A stretch of DNA of 64,000 nt. Origin: Desulfobacterales bacterium. Its GTDB lineage: Bacteria > Desulfobacterota > Desulfobacteria > Desulfobacterales > UBA2174. The stretch covers positions 352,001-416,000 of the forward strand of contig CAXXWC010000019.1 in the NCBI GenBank assembly GCA_963668645.2. Reading direction: 5' to 3'. The position numbers and the translations under genes are program-made. Shown piece after piece: positions 37,362 to 48,811 of the stretch. The number at the start of each line of letters is the position of its first letter. Within the stretch, counting starts at the first letter, position 1. The notes beneath the pieces were generated by a model. The model had not been told where the DNA came from and ran no database searches. It saw only the letters and a program-made list of their open reading frames with translations.

Positions 37362-37387
37362 TGGGATTGCGTGGACCGGATGAAAAA

Positions 37388-37481
37388 TGGCGGAGAGGGT
37401 GGGATTCGAACCCACGATCCCGGTTTTAGCCAGGATACCGCTTTTCGAGAGCGGGGCCTTCAGCCGCTCGGCCACCTCTCC
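37388..37481 (-). tRNA. tRNA-Ser(CGA)
   Basis: Minus strand GGAGAGGTGGCCGAGCGG...CCGCT-CT-CGA-AA-AGCGG, long variable arm, GGTTCGAATCC, ends CTCTCCGCCA. Confidence 0.96.
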
Positions 37482-37751
37482 GCATCTTCCCCTTTGGATG
37501 GGGCAATGACCATAACCGCTATGGGCCGGTCCTGTCAAGAGACAGCCGCACCTGATCTCCAACGATCCCCTGGGAGCCGATTCCATCCTTGATCCGGGCG
37601 GCACAGGCGTCACCGATCTGAGCGGCGGACCGCTTCAAGGCTGGAGCCGGGCCCATAACGGGCCGTTGACTTCCCTAACTGCTTTCCATATAAGCATAAA
37701 TCAGCGAACCGGATTTCTCCCGTCACCCGCCATCAATGGCGCCATCCCTTT

Positions 37752-40007
37752 ATGAGGCTCCCCATGCACCGGCGTTTGAAGCTCAACCCGCTTCTGCTGA
37801 CCGTTATCGCCATCCTTGTGGGGATGACGGCCTACCTGGTCCATATCCCCTTTATACATGAAATCGAACTGCGCACCGTGGATCTGCGCTTTCGCTCGCG
37901 GGGTGCGCTGAAGCCCCAACCACGGGTGGTACTGGCGGTCGTCGACGAAAAAAGCATCAACCAGGAAGGCAAATGGGTCTGGCCGCGCGAAAAATTTACC
38001 CGCCTGGTCCAAAAGCTCTCCGAGGCCGGGGCCAGGGTGGTGGCCTTCGATATCGGTTTTCTGGAAGAGAGCAACCGCGATCTGCTGCATACGATCGGTG
38101 AAATTCAGCAGGCCGCCCGCCAGTTGGCGCCGCAGAATCCGGCCCTCGACCGCTATTTTGAAGATCTGGGCCGCGAGGCCCACAGCGACCTTCAGTTGGC
38201 CCGCGCCATTGCCGACTCCCGGGCGCGCATTGTGCTGGGCTATTTTTTTCACATGAACCGGGACGGATTGACCCATCTGGGCGAAAAGGACTTCAAAGAC
38301 CTCCAGAAACGCGTGCGCCAGGGGGTTTATCCCATGGTGCGCTACGCCTCCCGGCAAGCCCAGGCCGTGCCGCTGATCGAGGCCGTGGCCCCCCAAAGCA
38401 ACGTCTCACCCATCGCCGAAGCAGCTTCCCACGCCGGCTTTTTCAATATGTTTCCCGATTCAGACGGGGTGGTGCGCTGGATCCCGGCGGTGGTCAAGTT
38501 CCGGGACACCCTTTACGCCCCTTTGGCGGTCATGGCGGCCAGCGCCGATGCCGATCAGCCCATCTCGGTGGCGGTGGAGGAATACGGGGTCCAATCGGTG
38601 CGCATCGGCCCGGTGCAGCTTCCCACGGATGAACTGGGCCGCCTCTTGATCAACTACCGCGGCCCGGCGCGGACCTTTCCCCACATTCCGGTCACCGACA
38701 TCCTCAACGACCAGGTTCCAAAGGAGGCCCTGGCGGACAAGATCGTGCTGGTCGGGGCCACCGCCGTTGGCATCTACGACCTGCGGGTGACCCCGTTCGG
38801 CAGCGTCTTTCCCGGAATTGAAATCCATGCCAGCGTACTGGACAGCATCCTCAGCCAGGACTTTTTGCAGCAGCCGAACTGGGCCGCCGTTTTCGATCTG
38901 GCAGCCATGCTGCTGATGGGTCTGGCCGTCTGGTGGATCCACGGGCGCACCGGAGTGGTGACCGGCACCATTTGCGCCGTCGCGCTGTTCGGGGCCTACA
39001 TCGGCTTGTGCCAGTACCTTTTCACGGCCCGGGGTTGGATCCTGGCTATGGTCTATCCCCTGCTGGTGCTCGTCCTGGCCTATGTCAGCATCACGGCATT
39101 GAAGTACATCGTTGAATCGCGCCAGAAAAAATTCATCCGCGACGCGTTTTCCACCTACCTGGCCCCGTCGGTGGTCAAGCAGCTCATCGAAACGCCCGAG
39201 CGCCTCGTGCTGGGCGGCGAAGAACGCCAGATCACGGCTTTCTTTTCGGATCTGCAGGGGTTCACGAGCATCTCGGAGCGCCTCAGCGCCACCGAACTGG
39301 TGGAACTGCTCAACGAATTTCTCACCGAGATGACCGACATCATCCTGGCCAGCGAGGGGACGGTGGACAAATTCGAGGGCGATGCGATCATCGCCTTTTT
39401 CGGGGCACCCAATGAAATCCCGGATCATGCGGCGGTGGCCTGCCTCGTCTGCCTCCAGATGCAGCAGCGACTGGCCCAGCTGCGCGCCGCATGGCAGGCG
39501 CAGGGCAAGCCCGAACTGAAGATGCGCATCGGGCTCAACAGCGGCCCGGCGGTGGTGGGCAATATGGGCTCAAAACAGCGCATGGACTATACGATGATGG
39601 GCGACAGCGTCAATACCGCGGCCCGCCTCGAAGGGGTCAACAAGGTCTACGGCACCTATACCCTGATCAGCGCATCGACCTACCGGAGCGCCGCAGAGCA
39701 GATCGTGGCCCGGGAGCTGGACGCCATCAACGTGGTCGGCAAGAGCGAACCGGTGGCGATCTATGAACTGATCTGCCCTGCCGGGCAGGCCGCCCCGCCG
39801 GTGCTGGCAATGATCGACGCCTATGGCAAGGGGCTGGAAGCCTACCGCGGGCGCGCCTGGCAAGCGGCGGCGGAATTTTTCCACCAGGCTCTGGCCATCG
39901 CCCCCGAGGATCGGGCCAGCAGGGTCATGATCGATCGCTGCCGCCAATACGAAGCCGACCCGCCGCCCGAGAACTGGAACGGGGCCTACAGCATGACGAC
40001 CAAATAG
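37752..40007 (+). CDS. CHASE2-domain adenylate/guanylate cyclase
   Basis: VVDEKS, WPRE, DSDGVVR, PGIEIHA (CHASE2); three TM helices; FSDLQGFT, DKFEGDA, GDSVNTAARLEG. Confidence 0.93.
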   Translation: MRLPMHRRLKLNPLLLTVIAILVGMTAYLVHIPFIHEIELRTVDLRFRSRGALKPQPRVVLAVVDEKSINQEGKWVWPREKFTRLVQKLSEAGARVVAFDIGFLEESNRDLLHTIGEIQQAARQLAPQNPALDRYFEDLGREAHSDLQLARAIADSRARIVLGYFFHMNRDGLTHLGEKDFKDLQKRVRQGVYPMVRYASRQAQAVPLIEAVAPQSNVSPIAEAASHAGFFNMFPDSDGVVRWIPAVVKFRDTLYAPLAVMAASADADQPISVAVEEYGVQSVRIGPVQLPTDELGRLLINYRGPARTFPHIPVTDILNDQVPKEALADKIVLVGATAVGIYDLRVTPFGSVFPGIEIHASVLDSILSQDFLQQPNWAAVFDLAAMLLMGLAVWWIHGRTGVVTGTICAVALFGAYIGLCQYLFTARGWILAMVYPLLVLVLAYVSITALKYIVESRQKKFIRDAFSTYLAPSVVKQLIETPERLVLGGEERQITAFFSDLQGFTSISERLSATELVELLNEFLTEMTDIILASEGTVDKFEGDAIIAFFGAPNEIPDHAAVACLVCLQMQQRLAQLRAAWQAQGKPELKMRIGLNSGPAVVGNMGSKQRMDYTMMGDSVNTAARLEGVNKVYGTYTLISASTYRSAAEQIVARELDAINVVGKSEPVAIYELICPAGQAAPPVLAMIDAYGKGLEAYRGRAWQAAAEFFHQALAIAPEDRASRVMIDRCRQYEADPPPENWNGAYSMTTK

Positions 40008-40115
40008 GGCACCGCTCCAGCCCCCCCAATCAATCCGTCCACAGCGCAAAGGCCTGCGCAGCGACTCTTTCCGGTGGCATGGCAAGGATCCGGCCCGGCC
40101 AACGATCAAGCAGAT

Positions 40116-41177
40116 TCAGCCGTAGATGAAGTTGAGCGGCAGGGGGGGATATTTCCAGACGCCCGGCTTTGGCAGCAGATTCTGGGAGCTGACGCTGAGC
40201 CAGTTCAAGTCGGGTTTGAGTTCGCGCAGGCGGCCGTCTTCCGGGGGCCGTGCATGGTCGGTGTAAGCGTAGCTGACCTGGAAAATACACAGGTTGGCCT
40301 TGCCGCGATGGATCAGGACGTAGTTTTTACGAAAAGTACGCGGCGCCATGGTGTGGGCCGCGGCGATCTGCTCGATTTCGGCATCGGAGAGTTTGATCAA
40401 AATCGCCTTGGAAGTGCCCCGCTCGCTGATGCGGATCAACGAACGCGACTCGCTGCTGCCCACATAGACCGTGCTGACGCACGGCAGGCGCTTGAGATAC
40501 TGGGCCGCCACGATGGCCGCCGTACGCCGCCCGCCCACCATCAGGGGCACACCGAAGTATTCGAAAAACTTTTTTTGCAGATCCTCGGCGTATTTTTCAC
40601 CCTTCTCGTACAGGTCTTTGCTGATGTAGCGCAGGCTGCGCGCCAGGTCTTCGGCCGCCTCGGCGATGGGCCAGTCGATGCGCACATGAAAGTGGCTCAG
40701 GATATAGTGGTCGCGCATATGGCAGGCCGGATCGCGCTGGATCAGCAGGGCGTAGTCCACCGGGAGCAAATCTTTCATAAGATCGTAGAACCGGGCGCTT
40801 TCGATGGATTTCCAGTTCCTGTCGAAGGGGTTCTCCAGTGACAGCACCCCGCCTTGAGTCAAGTTGGTTTTGGTCGTCTTGGTCACATCGAAAAAGCGGA
40901 TGTACTTCTTGTGGATCGCCGGCAGGCTGTCTTCGATGAAAATCACCAAAAAGGCGTTGTGGCAATCGTACTCCTGGCCCGGAATCCGCGCCCGGGGCTT
41001 GAGCTCGCGCTTTTCCACGAAAGGATAGGGCAGGCTGCGGTCGAGAAACTGTTCGTAGGACTGCAGCAGCGCATGGGAAAGGATGAACTGGTCCAGGTCA
41101 TCGCGCAGCAGCTCATAGTAGGACCGGCGCAGGCGATTGGCCCGGCTCAGCTCTTCCCGGATACTCCAGTACGCCAC
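40116..41177 (-). CDS. Hypothetical cytoplasmic protein (353 aa)
   Basis: GGAGG before GTG; host-like codon usage; no motif recognised. Confidence 0.75.
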   Translation of the reverse strand: MAYWSIREELSRANRLRRSYYELLRDDLDQFILSHALLQSYEQFLDRSLPYPFVEKRELKPRARIPGQEYDCHNAFLVIFIEDSLPAIHKKYIRFFDVTKTTKTNLTQGGVLSLENPFDRNWKSIESARFYDLMKDLLPVDYALLIQRDPACHMRDHYILSHFHVRIDWPIAEAAEDLARSLRYISKDLYEKGEKYAEDLQKKFFEYFGVPLMVGGRRTAAIVAAQYLKRLPCVSTVYVGSSESRSLIRISERGTSKAILIKLSDAEIEQIAAAHTMAPRTFRKNYVLIHRGKANLCIFQVSYAYTDHARPPEDGRLRELKPDLNWLSVSSQNLLPKPGVWKYPPLPLNFIYG

Positions 41178-41299
41178 TTGGTTTCCTCCACGCGGGTTTT
41201 CGATGGGCAGGCAAGATTTGTATATAGTCGTCTAAACTTAGCATTCCTAATAGGAATGCGTCAAATATAACTTATCCCAAAAATCCGTCAGGCTTTGAT

Positions 41300-42115
41300 T
41301 TACGCTCCCGGCGTCCTTGGACCTTCATGGCGGACCCCGCCGTCTTCGGCGGCCGCGTCGTGCTTGGACGACGGGGAGGCCGGTGCCTGGGCGCTGTTCC
41401 AGCGCGCGATCCACTGTTGCCATTTTTCCCGGTAGCGGTAGGCAAGGTACAACCCGAGTCCGCAGGCCAGGGTCACGGTGGCAAAGGTGACGATATTCCC
41501 TCCGGCCAGGGAAGCGCCCTGGAGACTGAGCAGGAATGTGCCGGGCAGGCGGCCCACGGCCGCCAAGGGCAGCAGCACCCGCAGGGGCAGATGGCTCAGG
41601 CCGAGAAACAGGCAGAGGTAATCTTTGGGAAATCCGGGCAGGACGAAGAGGGCCAGGGCCGCCATGAGGCCCTGGCCCTGCATCAGACGGTCAAAATGTT
41701 CCAGATGACGAGCGGCCACCACGCGCCTGACAAAGGCGCGCCCAAGCACCCGTCCCAGAACCAGGTTGATCCAGGAGCCGAGGGTCAGGCCGATGGTACT
41801 GTAAACGAATCCGGCCCCGGTGCCGAAAAGAACGCCGCCGGCAAATCCGGTGGCCTCACCCGGAATCGGCGCCAGAATCACCTGGGCGATCTGCAGGCAA
41901 ATGAACACCGCCGGCGCAGCGGCCCCCTGATCGGCCACCCACTGCGCCATGCGACGGGAATCGACCATCAGCGCGTAGCCGCTGACGGCCAGACGTCCCA
42001 GGGGCTCACGCCAGATCCAACCCGACAAGATCCCGAGGCCTACAACAACCAGGATCGCCGCCAGCCACCATCGCCTGGCGCTGAAGCGGCGCTGGGGGGC
42101 CGGCGCTGGGGCCAT
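41300..42115 (-). CDS. TVP38/TMEM64 (DedA/SNARE-associated) membrane protein
   Basis: QVILAPIPGE, GVLFG, LPGFPKD, GRLPG. Start uncertain (42115 or 42145). Confidence 0.85.
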   Translation of the reverse strand: MAPAPAPQRRFSARRWWLAAILVVVGLGILSGWIWREPLGRLAVSGYALMVDSRRMAQWVADQGAAAPAVFICLQIAQVILAPIPGEATGFAGGVLFGTGAGFVYSTIGLTLGSWINLVLGRVLGRAFVRRVVAARHLEHFDRLMQGQGLMAALALFVLPGFPKDYLCLFLGLSHLPLRVLLPLAAVGRLPGTFLLSLQGASLAGGNIVTFATVTLACGLGLYLAYRYREKWQQWIARWNSAQAPASPSSKHDAAAEDGGVRHEGPRTPGA

Positions 42116-42308
42116 GATGCAAATCCCTCGATAGTGTCCATCCATAAACGGCACCCTTCGGCTTCCGGCGGCGTTCTCCCTCGTTTCCAATCCTCGAAAT
42201 AGCGGGCTATTGCTCCGGTTGAAAACTCGCTCGGGCCTTGCCAGGAACCAAAAATCACCATTTATGGACGGACACCCAGTAAAACCGTAAGGGTCAAATC
42301 GGTCCGGT

Positions 42309-43490
42309 TCAGTCCTTTTCCAGGGCTTCGACCGCCGGCAACCGCTTGCCCTCCAGCAATTCCAGAAAGGCGCCGCCGCCAGTGGAGATGTAAGTGATCC
42401 GATCCGCCTCCCCGCTTTTATGGAGCGCGGTGTCCGTGTCGCCGCCGCCCACGATCGTCAGGGCATGGGAGCTGGCCACGCTGTGGACCATGGCCATGGT
42501 GCCGCGGCTGAAGGCGTCCATTTCGAAAACCCCCATGGGACCGTTCCAGACGATGGTCTTGGCATCGTAAAGGACCTGATTGAAAAGCAGGGCCGTGGCC
42601 GGTCCGATATCCAGTGCCATCCACTCTTGCGGGATCTCTTGAATGGGAACGATCTTTGTCTGGGCCTGGGGGTCCAGGCGATCGGCCACCACCGCATCCA
42701 CCGGCAGGTAGAATTTGACTCCCCGCTCGGTGGCCTGGCGCATGATGCGACCGGCTGTCTCGACCAGATCGGCCTCAATCATCGACCGGCCCAGCACGAA
42801 TCCCTGGCTGCTCAGGAAAGTGTTGGCCATGGCGCCGCCGATGATAAATTTGTCCACGTGGCGCATCATGTTTTCCAGGGCACCGAGTTTGCTCGACACC
42901 TTGGCACCGCCCACGATGGCCACCAGAGGCCGCAGCGGGTCTTCCATGGCCCGGTGAAAATACTCCAGCTCGCGCTGGAGCAAGAGCCCGGCGGCACATA
43001 CCGGCACATGGCGCGTGACGGCAACCACCGAAGCGTTGCGCCGATGGCTCACCGCAAAGGCATCGTTGATGTAGACATCGCACAAAGCGGCCAGGCCGCG
43101 CGCAAATTCATCGTCGTCTTCGGTCTCGGCTTTGTGAAAACGCAGGTTTTCCAGCAGCAGTACGTCCCCCGGGGCCAGTGCGGACGCCATGGCCTCTACC
43201 CGGGGCCCCACGCAGTCCGGCGCCATGGCCACTTCGTGCTGCAGCAGCCGCCCCAGCCGCTTGGCCACCGGGGCCAGGCTCATCTCCGGCACCACCTTGC
43301 CCTTGGGACGGCCCAGATGCGAGGCCACGATCACCTTGGCGCGCCGGTCCAGGGCATAGTTGATGCTGGGCAGCACGGCCCGTATCCGGGTATCGTCGCT
43401 GATGTCCTGCTGCGCATCCAGCGGGACGTTGAAGTCCACCCGAAACAGCACCCGCTTGCCTTCTATATCGATCTCCTTGATGGTTTTCAT
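42309..43490 (-). CDS. pgk: Phosphoglycerate kinase
   Basis: [44 protein letters not shown]. Confidence 0.98.
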   Translation of the reverse strand: MKTIKEIDIEGKRVLFRVDFNVPLDAQQDISDDTRIRAVLPSINYALDRRAKVIVASHLGRPKGKVVPEMSLAPVAKRLGRLLQHEVAMAPDCVGPRVEAMASALAPGDVLLLENLRFHKAETEDDDEFARGLAALCDVYINDAFAVSHRRNASVVAVTRHVPVCAAGLLLQRELEYFHRAMEDPLRPLVAIVGGAKVSSKLGALENMMRHVDKFIIGGAMANTFLSSQGFVLGRSMIEADLVETAGRIMRQATERGVKFYLPVDAVVADRLDPQAQTKIVPIQEIPQEWMALDIGPATALLFNQVLYDAKTIVWNGPMGVFEMDAFSRGTMAMVHSVASSHALTIVGGGDTDTALHKSGEADRITYISTGGGAFLELLEGKRLPAVEALEKD

Positions 43491-43551
43491 CAATCAGTTC
43501 TCCAGTGTTGAAGGTTGATCCTGCAACGGCCGGCACCGGGGCCCACCGGCT

Positions 43552-43860
43552 TCAGTCGCCTTGCGCCTTTGATCCGGTTGCGGCGGATCTGCCCCGCTCC
43601 CGCGAGCGGCGTTCCAGCATCTTTTTGCGCGACCAGCGGGTGAAAAAGCCGACCTTCCCGGCCTCCTCGGCCCGGTGCAGATGTTCCCGGCGCACCTGAT
43701 CGCCGTCCGGCCCGGCCATGGCCTGGCGCAGGCATTCGGTCTTGCAGTGGCAGACCATGCACCCTTCCGGCGTTGCACGCAGGCCGTCTGCGCCCATAGG
43801 GAAAACCGTATCCAAACGGCCGAAACAGTACGGCCGGGTATTTGGTCTGTGCTGCGGCAT
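43552..43860 (-). CDS. Small Cys-containing hypothetical protein
   Basis: CFG.LDTVFP...CMVCHCKTECL possible metal site; co-directional between radC and pgk. Confidence 0.6.
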   Translation of the reverse strand: MPQHRPNTRPYCFGRLDTVFPMGADGLRATPEGCMVCHCKTECLRQAMAGPDGDQVRREHLHRAEEAGKVGFFTRWSRKKMLERRSRERGRSAATGSKAQGD

Positions 43861-43930
43861 GCCTGCTCCCTGTGGGGCGTCTCTAACGGTTGAACGCCCG
43901 TTTGGCCTGGAAAAACGCCGGCCTCTCCCC

Positions 43931-44683
43931 TCACCCGCCTCCCATGGCGGCATCGAATTCCCGGTTCATCGCCACGATCCGCCCCTGATCGGCAAAGCTG
44001 TAATAGCGATTGGCCCCCACCACTAAATGTTCGTGCACCGTAATGCCCACCGCCCGGCAGACAAAAACCAGACGGCGGGTCAATGCCACGTCGTCCGCCG
44101 ACGGGGCCGGATCCCCCGACGGATGATTATGGGCGAAGATCAGGGCCGCGGCCCTCCGCTCCAGGGCCGCCTGAATCACTTCGCGCGGGTAGACGGCACT
44201 GGCCGTCAACGACCCCTCGGAGAGAACGGCGGTGTCCAGGACCCGGTTCTTGGCGTCCAGAAAAAGGGCCACGAAGCGCTCCCGGGACAGATCGCGCAGG
44301 GTGTGGTAGAGAAAATCGAAAAGGGCCCGCGAGTCGTTGAGCACCGGCCGGTCGATGAGTCGCTGGGCAAGGTAGCGGTCCGCCACCGCCTTGACCAGGC
44401 GCAGGGCGATGGCGTTATGGGGCCCGATCCCGGCCACCTGGGACAGGGCATCGAGGGAAGCCTCGAAAATCGCCGGCAGGGTCTTGAAATGCGCCATGGC
44501 GGCCTTGGCCGCCGGCTTGCAATCCTTGCGGGGCATTCCCAGGGTCAAGAGCAGTTCGACGATTTCATAGTCGTGGAAACCGTCCAGGCCCCCTTGCAAA
44601 AACCGCTCCCGCAGCCGGCGGCGATGTCCCCGGGCGCTTTGGGGCGCTTTGTCCACCGGCGCTTGATCGCGGGGGGGAGCCAC
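43931..44683 (-). CDS. radC: RadC/JAB-domain protein
   Basis: AAGGAG before GTG44683; GHRRRLRERF, HhH, VYPREV, HNHPSGD, S..D. Confidence 0.93.
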   Translation of the reverse strand: MAPPRDQAPVDKAPQSARGHRRRLRERFLQGGLDGFHDYEIVELLLTLGMPRKDCKPAAKAAMAHFKTLPAIFEASLDALSQVAGIGPHNAIALRLVKAVADRYLAQRLIDRPVLNDSRALFDFLYHTLRDLSRERFVALFLDAKNRVLDTAVLSEGSLTASAVYPREVIQAALERRAAALIFAHNHPSGDPAPSADDVALTRRLVFVCRAVGITVHEHLVVGANRYYSFADQGRIVAMNREFDAAMGGG

Positions 44684-44782
44684 GGCGGTCTCCTTTGATG
44701 CTTGATTCCTGACGGTCCAGCGGCGAATCGGGATTGAACGATTCGAAAAGCGCGGTCCACCCACGCTGGCGCCAATCATCCG

Positions 44783-45871
44783 TCAACAATCCCCGATCGC
44801 CAGTCCTATCTCGTCCAGCTCGTCCTTCAGATCGCGGGTCATGAGCCGCTGCACCCCTTCCACCGGAGACGTTCCCTCGTAAAGAATGCGGTAGATCTCC
44901 TGGCAGATGGGCATTTCCACGGACAGCCGCTGCGAGAGGTTGTAGACCGATTTGGCGGTCTTGACCCCCTCGGCCACCATGCGCATCTCGGCCAGAATAG
45001 CCTCCAGCCGCTTGCCCTCGCCCAGTTTGACGCCCACCGTATGGTTGCGGCTCAAGGCCCCGGTGCAGGTCAGCACCAGATCGCCCATCCCTGCCAGGCC
45101 GGCGAAGGTGAAGGGATTGGCGCCCATGGCCAGGCCCAGGCGCCGGATCTCGGCCAATCCCCGGGTGATCAGGGCGGCCCGGGTGTTGAGGCCCAGTCCC
45201 AGGCCGTCCACCACCCCTGCGGCGATGGCGATCACGTTCTTGACCGCCCCGCCCAGCTCGACCCCGATCACGTCTTCATTGGTGTAAACGCGAAACCAGG
45301 GAGCGGCAAAAACATGCTGCACATACTCGGCCACCTCCGGGCGGCGCGAGGCGGCGGTCACCACGGTGGGCACCCGCCGGGCCACCTCCTTGGCGAAACT
45401 CGGTCCGGAAAGGGCGGCCAGTCTTGGGTCTGGACCCAAAACGAGGGTTTCGGCCAGAATCCCGGTCATGTTCAGGTAGGTCTCGTTTTCGATCCCCTTG
45501 GAGGCCGAGACCACGATGGTCTGAGGCCCCAACCGGCCGCGGATTTTCTCGGCGGTGGCGCGCATCACGTGGGAAGGGACCACCATGACCACCAGGTCCT
45601 TGCCGGCCACCACGGCCGCCAGATCCGTATCGGGCGTGATGCCCGGCGAAAGGGGGCAACCGGGCAGGTAGACCCGGTTTTCCCGTTCGGTGCGGATCTG
45701 CTGGCAGACCTCGGACTCGAAAACCCACAGATGCACCGGATATCCCTTGTCGGCCAGCAGTTGGGCCAGGGCCGTGCCCCAGCTTCCGGCTCCCACCACG
45801 GCGATACGGGCCTGCTCGAATGGTGGGCGCTCAGTCATCGATCCACTCACTTGATCCTTTTGCGCCGTCAT
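44783..45871 (-). CDS. gpsA: NAD(P)H-dependent glycerol-3-phosphate dehydrogenase
   Basis: [38 protein letters not shown]. Confidence 0.97.
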   Translation of the reverse strand: MTAQKDQVSGSMTERPPFEQARIAVVGAGSWGTALAQLLADKGYPVHLWVFESEVCQQIRTERENRVYLPGCPLSPGITPDTDLAAVVAGKDLVVMVVPSHVMRATAEKIRGRLGPQTIVVSASKGIENETYLNMTGILAETLVLGPDPRLAALSGPSFAKEVARRVPTVVTAASRRPEVAEYVQHVFAAPWFRVYTNEDVIGVELGGAVKNVIAIAAGVVDGLGLGLNTRAALITRGLAEIRRLGLAMGANPFTFAGLAGMGDLVLTCTGALSRNHTVGVKLGEGKRLEAILAEMRMVAEGVKTAKSVYNLSQRLSVEMPICQEIYRILYEGTSPVEGVQRLMTRDLKDELDEIGLAIGDC

Positions 45872-48369
45872 GGTGCCGGGGCCTCGTCTGCTTCCGGCTC
45901 ACCGCCATCTTCGGGCGTTTCGTCTTCATCTCCGTCTCCATTTTCCTCACGTTCCACCAGCCGGACCGCGCCAACCACGCGCTCACCGGATCCCAGGTCC
46001 ATCAGCCTGACCCCCTGGGTATTGCGGCTGATGACGCTGACCCCCTCGATGGGGATGCGAATCAGCATCCCGGCATTGGTCATCAGCATCATGTCATCCT
46101 GATCTTCGACCAGCACGATGGCCACTACCTGCCCGTTGCGCGCACTGGTCTTGATGGTGATCACGCCCTTGCCGCCGCGGCCCTGAACCGGATATTCGTC
46201 GATGGCGGTGCGCTTGCCGTACCCGTTTTCGGTCACCACGAAAAGGGTCTGGCCGTGGGTCAGGACCTCCATGCCCACGATCCGGTCTCCGGGATCCAGG
46301 CGCAGGCCCCGCACGCCGCGCGACACCCGCCCCACAGCGCGCACATCGACCTCGTGGAAACGGATCGATTTGCCGTTGGCCGAGCCGAGAAACACGTTGC
46401 AGGTGCCGTCGGTGATGCGCGAGGCGATCAGTTCGTCTCCGGGCACCAGATCCAGGGCGATGATCCCGCCGCTGCGCGGCCGGCTGTAGGCCATGATATC
46501 GGTCTTTTTCACCAGGCCGTTGCGCGTGGCCATGATGATGTGCTTTCCCGGTTCGAAGGATTCCACCGCCAGCACCGTGGCCAGCCGTTCATCCTCGGCC
46601 AGTTCGAGCAGGTTGACGATGTTCTTGCCCACACTGGTTCGCCCGGCCTGGGGGATTTCGTACACCTTGCGCCAGTAGACCTTGCCCAGGTTGGTAAAGA
46701 AAAGAAAGGTATGGTGGGTCGAAGCGACGAAAAGCAGGCGCACGAAGTCCTGATCCTTGGTGGCCATGCCCGCCTTGCCCTTGCCGCCGCGCCGCTGGCT
46801 CTGGTAGATGCTCAGCGGGGTGCGCTTGATGTAGCCCGCCCCGGTGACGGTAACGACCATGTCCTCTTCGGCGATCATGTCCTCGATGGTGATCTCTTCG
46901 GCGCTGGGCACAATCTGGGTGCGGCGCGAGTCCCCGAACTCGGCCTGCAGCTCGTCCAGCTCGGTCTTGATCAGATCGAGGACCAGCTGGTCGCTGGCCA
47001 AAATCGCTTTGAGGCGCTCGATGTCACTGAGCACGCTGGCATACTCATCGAGGATCTTTTCGCGCTCCAGGCCGGTGAGCCGCTGCAGGCGCATGTCCAA
47101 GATCGCCTGGGCCTGAATCACGGACAGGCCGAAGGTTTCCATCAGACCGCTTTTGGCCTCTGCCGGCGAGGCCGAGCGGCGGATCAGGGCCACCACGGCA
47201 TCCAGGTTGTCCAGGGCGATCTTGAGCCCTTCGAGAACATGAGCCCGCTCCTCGGCCTTTTTCAGGTCGTAGCGCGTGCGGCGCAAGATCACGTTCTTGC
47301 GGTGGCGCACGAAATGCTCCAGGATCTGCTTGAGATTCAAAACCTCGGGGCGGCCGTCGACCACCGCCAGAAAGATGATCCCGAAGCTGTTCTCCAGACG
47401 GGTGTGTTTGAAGAGCTGATTGATGACCACCTGGGCGATCTGCTCGCGCTTGAGGGCGATGGCGATGCGCATCCCGTCGCGGTCCGACTCGTCGCGCACG
47501 TAGGCGATCCCTTCGATCTGCTTGTGCTTGACCAGCTCGGCGATCTTTTCGATGAGCTTGGCCTTGTTGACCTGGTAAGGCAGCTCGGTGACCACGATGG
47601 TCTCGCGGCCCGTCTTTTTGTCCTCCTCGACCTCGATCCGGGCCCGTTGGCGCACCACGCCGCGGCCGGTACGGTAGGCTTCCAGGATCCCGTCGCTGCC
47701 GTAGATCAACGCCGCGGTGGGAAAATCCGGCCCCGGGATATGGGTCATCAGCGCTTCGAGGTCGATGGCCGGATCGTCGATCAGGGCCTTGAGTCCCGCG
47801 ATCACCTCGCTCAGATTGTGGGGCGGGATGTTGGTGGCCATCCCCACCGCGATCCCGGCCGAGCCGTTGACCAGCAGCGCGGGAAACTTGGCCGGCAAGA
47901 CGGTCGGTTCGGTGAGCGAATCGTCGTAGTTGGGGCTCCAGTCGACCGTATCTTTTTCCAGGTCGGCCAGCATCTGGTGGGCCAGCTTCTGCATGCGCAC
48001 TTCGGTGTAGCGCATGGCCGCCGCCGGGTCGCCGTCGATGGAACCGAAGTTGCCCTGGCCGTCCACCAGCGGATAGCGCATGGAAAAATCCTGGGCCAGA
48101 CGCACGATGGTGTCGTAAACCGCGCTGTCCCCGTGGGGATGGTACTTACCGATAACATCACCCACGATGCGCGCCGATTTCTTATAGGGCTTGTTCCAGT
48201 CGTTCTTGAGTTCCTGCATGGCGAACAGCACCCGCCGGTGGACGGGCTTGAGCCCGTCGCGTACATCCGGCAGAGCGCGTCCGATGATCACGCTCATGGC
48301 ATAGTCCAGGTAGGACCTGCGCATCTCGCGTTCGATGCTGATTTCGGAAGTGGGTTGAACCTCGGTCAT
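45868..48369 (-). CDS. gyrA: DNA gyrase subunit A
   Basis: [23 protein letters not shown], GyrA box QRRGGKG. Confidence 0.98.
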   Translation of the reverse strand: MTEVQPTSEISIEREMRRSYLDYAMSVIIGRALPDVRDGLKPVHRRVLFAMQELKNDWNKPYKKSARIVGDVIGKYHPHGDSAVYDTIVRLAQDFSMRYPLVDGQGNFGSIDGDPAAAMRYTEVRMQKLAHQMLADLEKDTVDWSPNYDDSLTEPTVLPAKFPALLVNGSAGIAVGMATNIPPHNLSEVIAGLKALIDDPAIDLEALMTHIPGPDFPTAALIYGSDGILEAYRTGRGVVRQRARIEVEEDKKTGRETIVVTELPYQVNKAKLIEKIAELVKHKQIEGIAYVRDESDRDGMRIAIALKREQIAQVVINQLFKHTRLENSFGIIFLAVVDGRPEVLNLKQILEHFVRHRKNVILRRTRYDLKKAEERAHVLEGLKIALDNLDAVVALIRRSASPAEAKSGLMETFGLSVIQAQAILDMRLQRLTGLEREKILDEYASVLSDIERLKAILASDQLVLDLIKTELDELQAEFGDSRRTQIVPSAEEITIEDMIAEEDMVVTVTGAGYIKRTPLSIYQSQRRGGKGKAGMATKDQDFVRLLFVASTHHTFLFFTNLGKVYWRKVYEIPQAGRTSVGKNIVNLLELAEDERLATVLAVESFEPGKHIIMATRNGLVKKTDIMAYSRPRSGGIIALDLVPGDELIASRITDGTCNVFLGSANGKSIRFHEVDVRAVGRVSRGVRGLRLDPGDRIVGMEVLTHGQTLFVVTENGYGKRTAIDEYPVQGRGGKGVITIKTSARNGQVVAIVLVEDQDDMMLMTNAGMLIRIPIEGVSVISRNTQGVRLMDLGSGERVVGAVRLVEREENGDGDEDETPEDGGEPEADEAPAP

Positions 48370-48453
48370 CTCGTCACCTGAAAGTCGGGGTCACGGCCGC
48401 GGGCTTTGACGCGCTCGGCGCGCGCGGCCCGCAGCCGGAACCGGCGCCGGCGG

Positions 48454-48501
48454 AAAAAAACGGCGGCACCGCCTTTTCCCGCAGGGAAAAGAGGGTGCCG
48501 C
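48454..48501 (-). terminator. Intrinsic terminator
   Basis: GCGGCACC..CTTTTCCC/GGGAAAAG..GGTGCCGC hairpin followed by T7 on the minus strand. Confidence 0.7.
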
Positions 48502-48543
48502 GGTGAAGGTGCGTCCAAATGGCAAAGGGTCGGACTCGGTAGA

Positions 48544-48702
48544 TCAGCGACTGATCCAGGCGCCCGTCAGCAGCAGAAGCAGCGTCTCGTATATGAAAAC
48601 CGCCGTGTAGTCGCTACCGGTCAGGGCATAGATAATTCCGCCGCCGATGATCGCCGGTACGCCGCAAAATACAAGAATTCCCAATTTTCTGCTGATACTC
48701 AT
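48544..48702 (-). CDS. Small two-TM membrane protein (52 aa, not in ORF track)
   Basis: GAGGAG RBS; MSISRKLGILVFCGVPAIIGGGIIYALTGSDYTAVFIYETLLLLLTGAWISR; followed by a terminator. Confidence 0.7.
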   Translation of the reverse strand: MSISRKLGILVFCGVPAIIGGGIIYALTGSDYTAVFIYETLLLLLTGAWISR

Positions 48703-48811
48703 CGGTATGGCTCCTCATGCAAAAATGGACCGGCCTTCCACCCGGGAGCCGGCCCTGCTTTAAACACGGACCAATGTTAGCAATAACTATCTTGAAAGTA
48801 AAGATAAAAGT

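Noticed and set aside
22441..37481. tRNA-Ser-integrated island with attL/attR duplication
   Set aside because: I found no copy of the tRNA 3' end near 22.4-22.6 kb and no phage-type integrase next to the tRNA.
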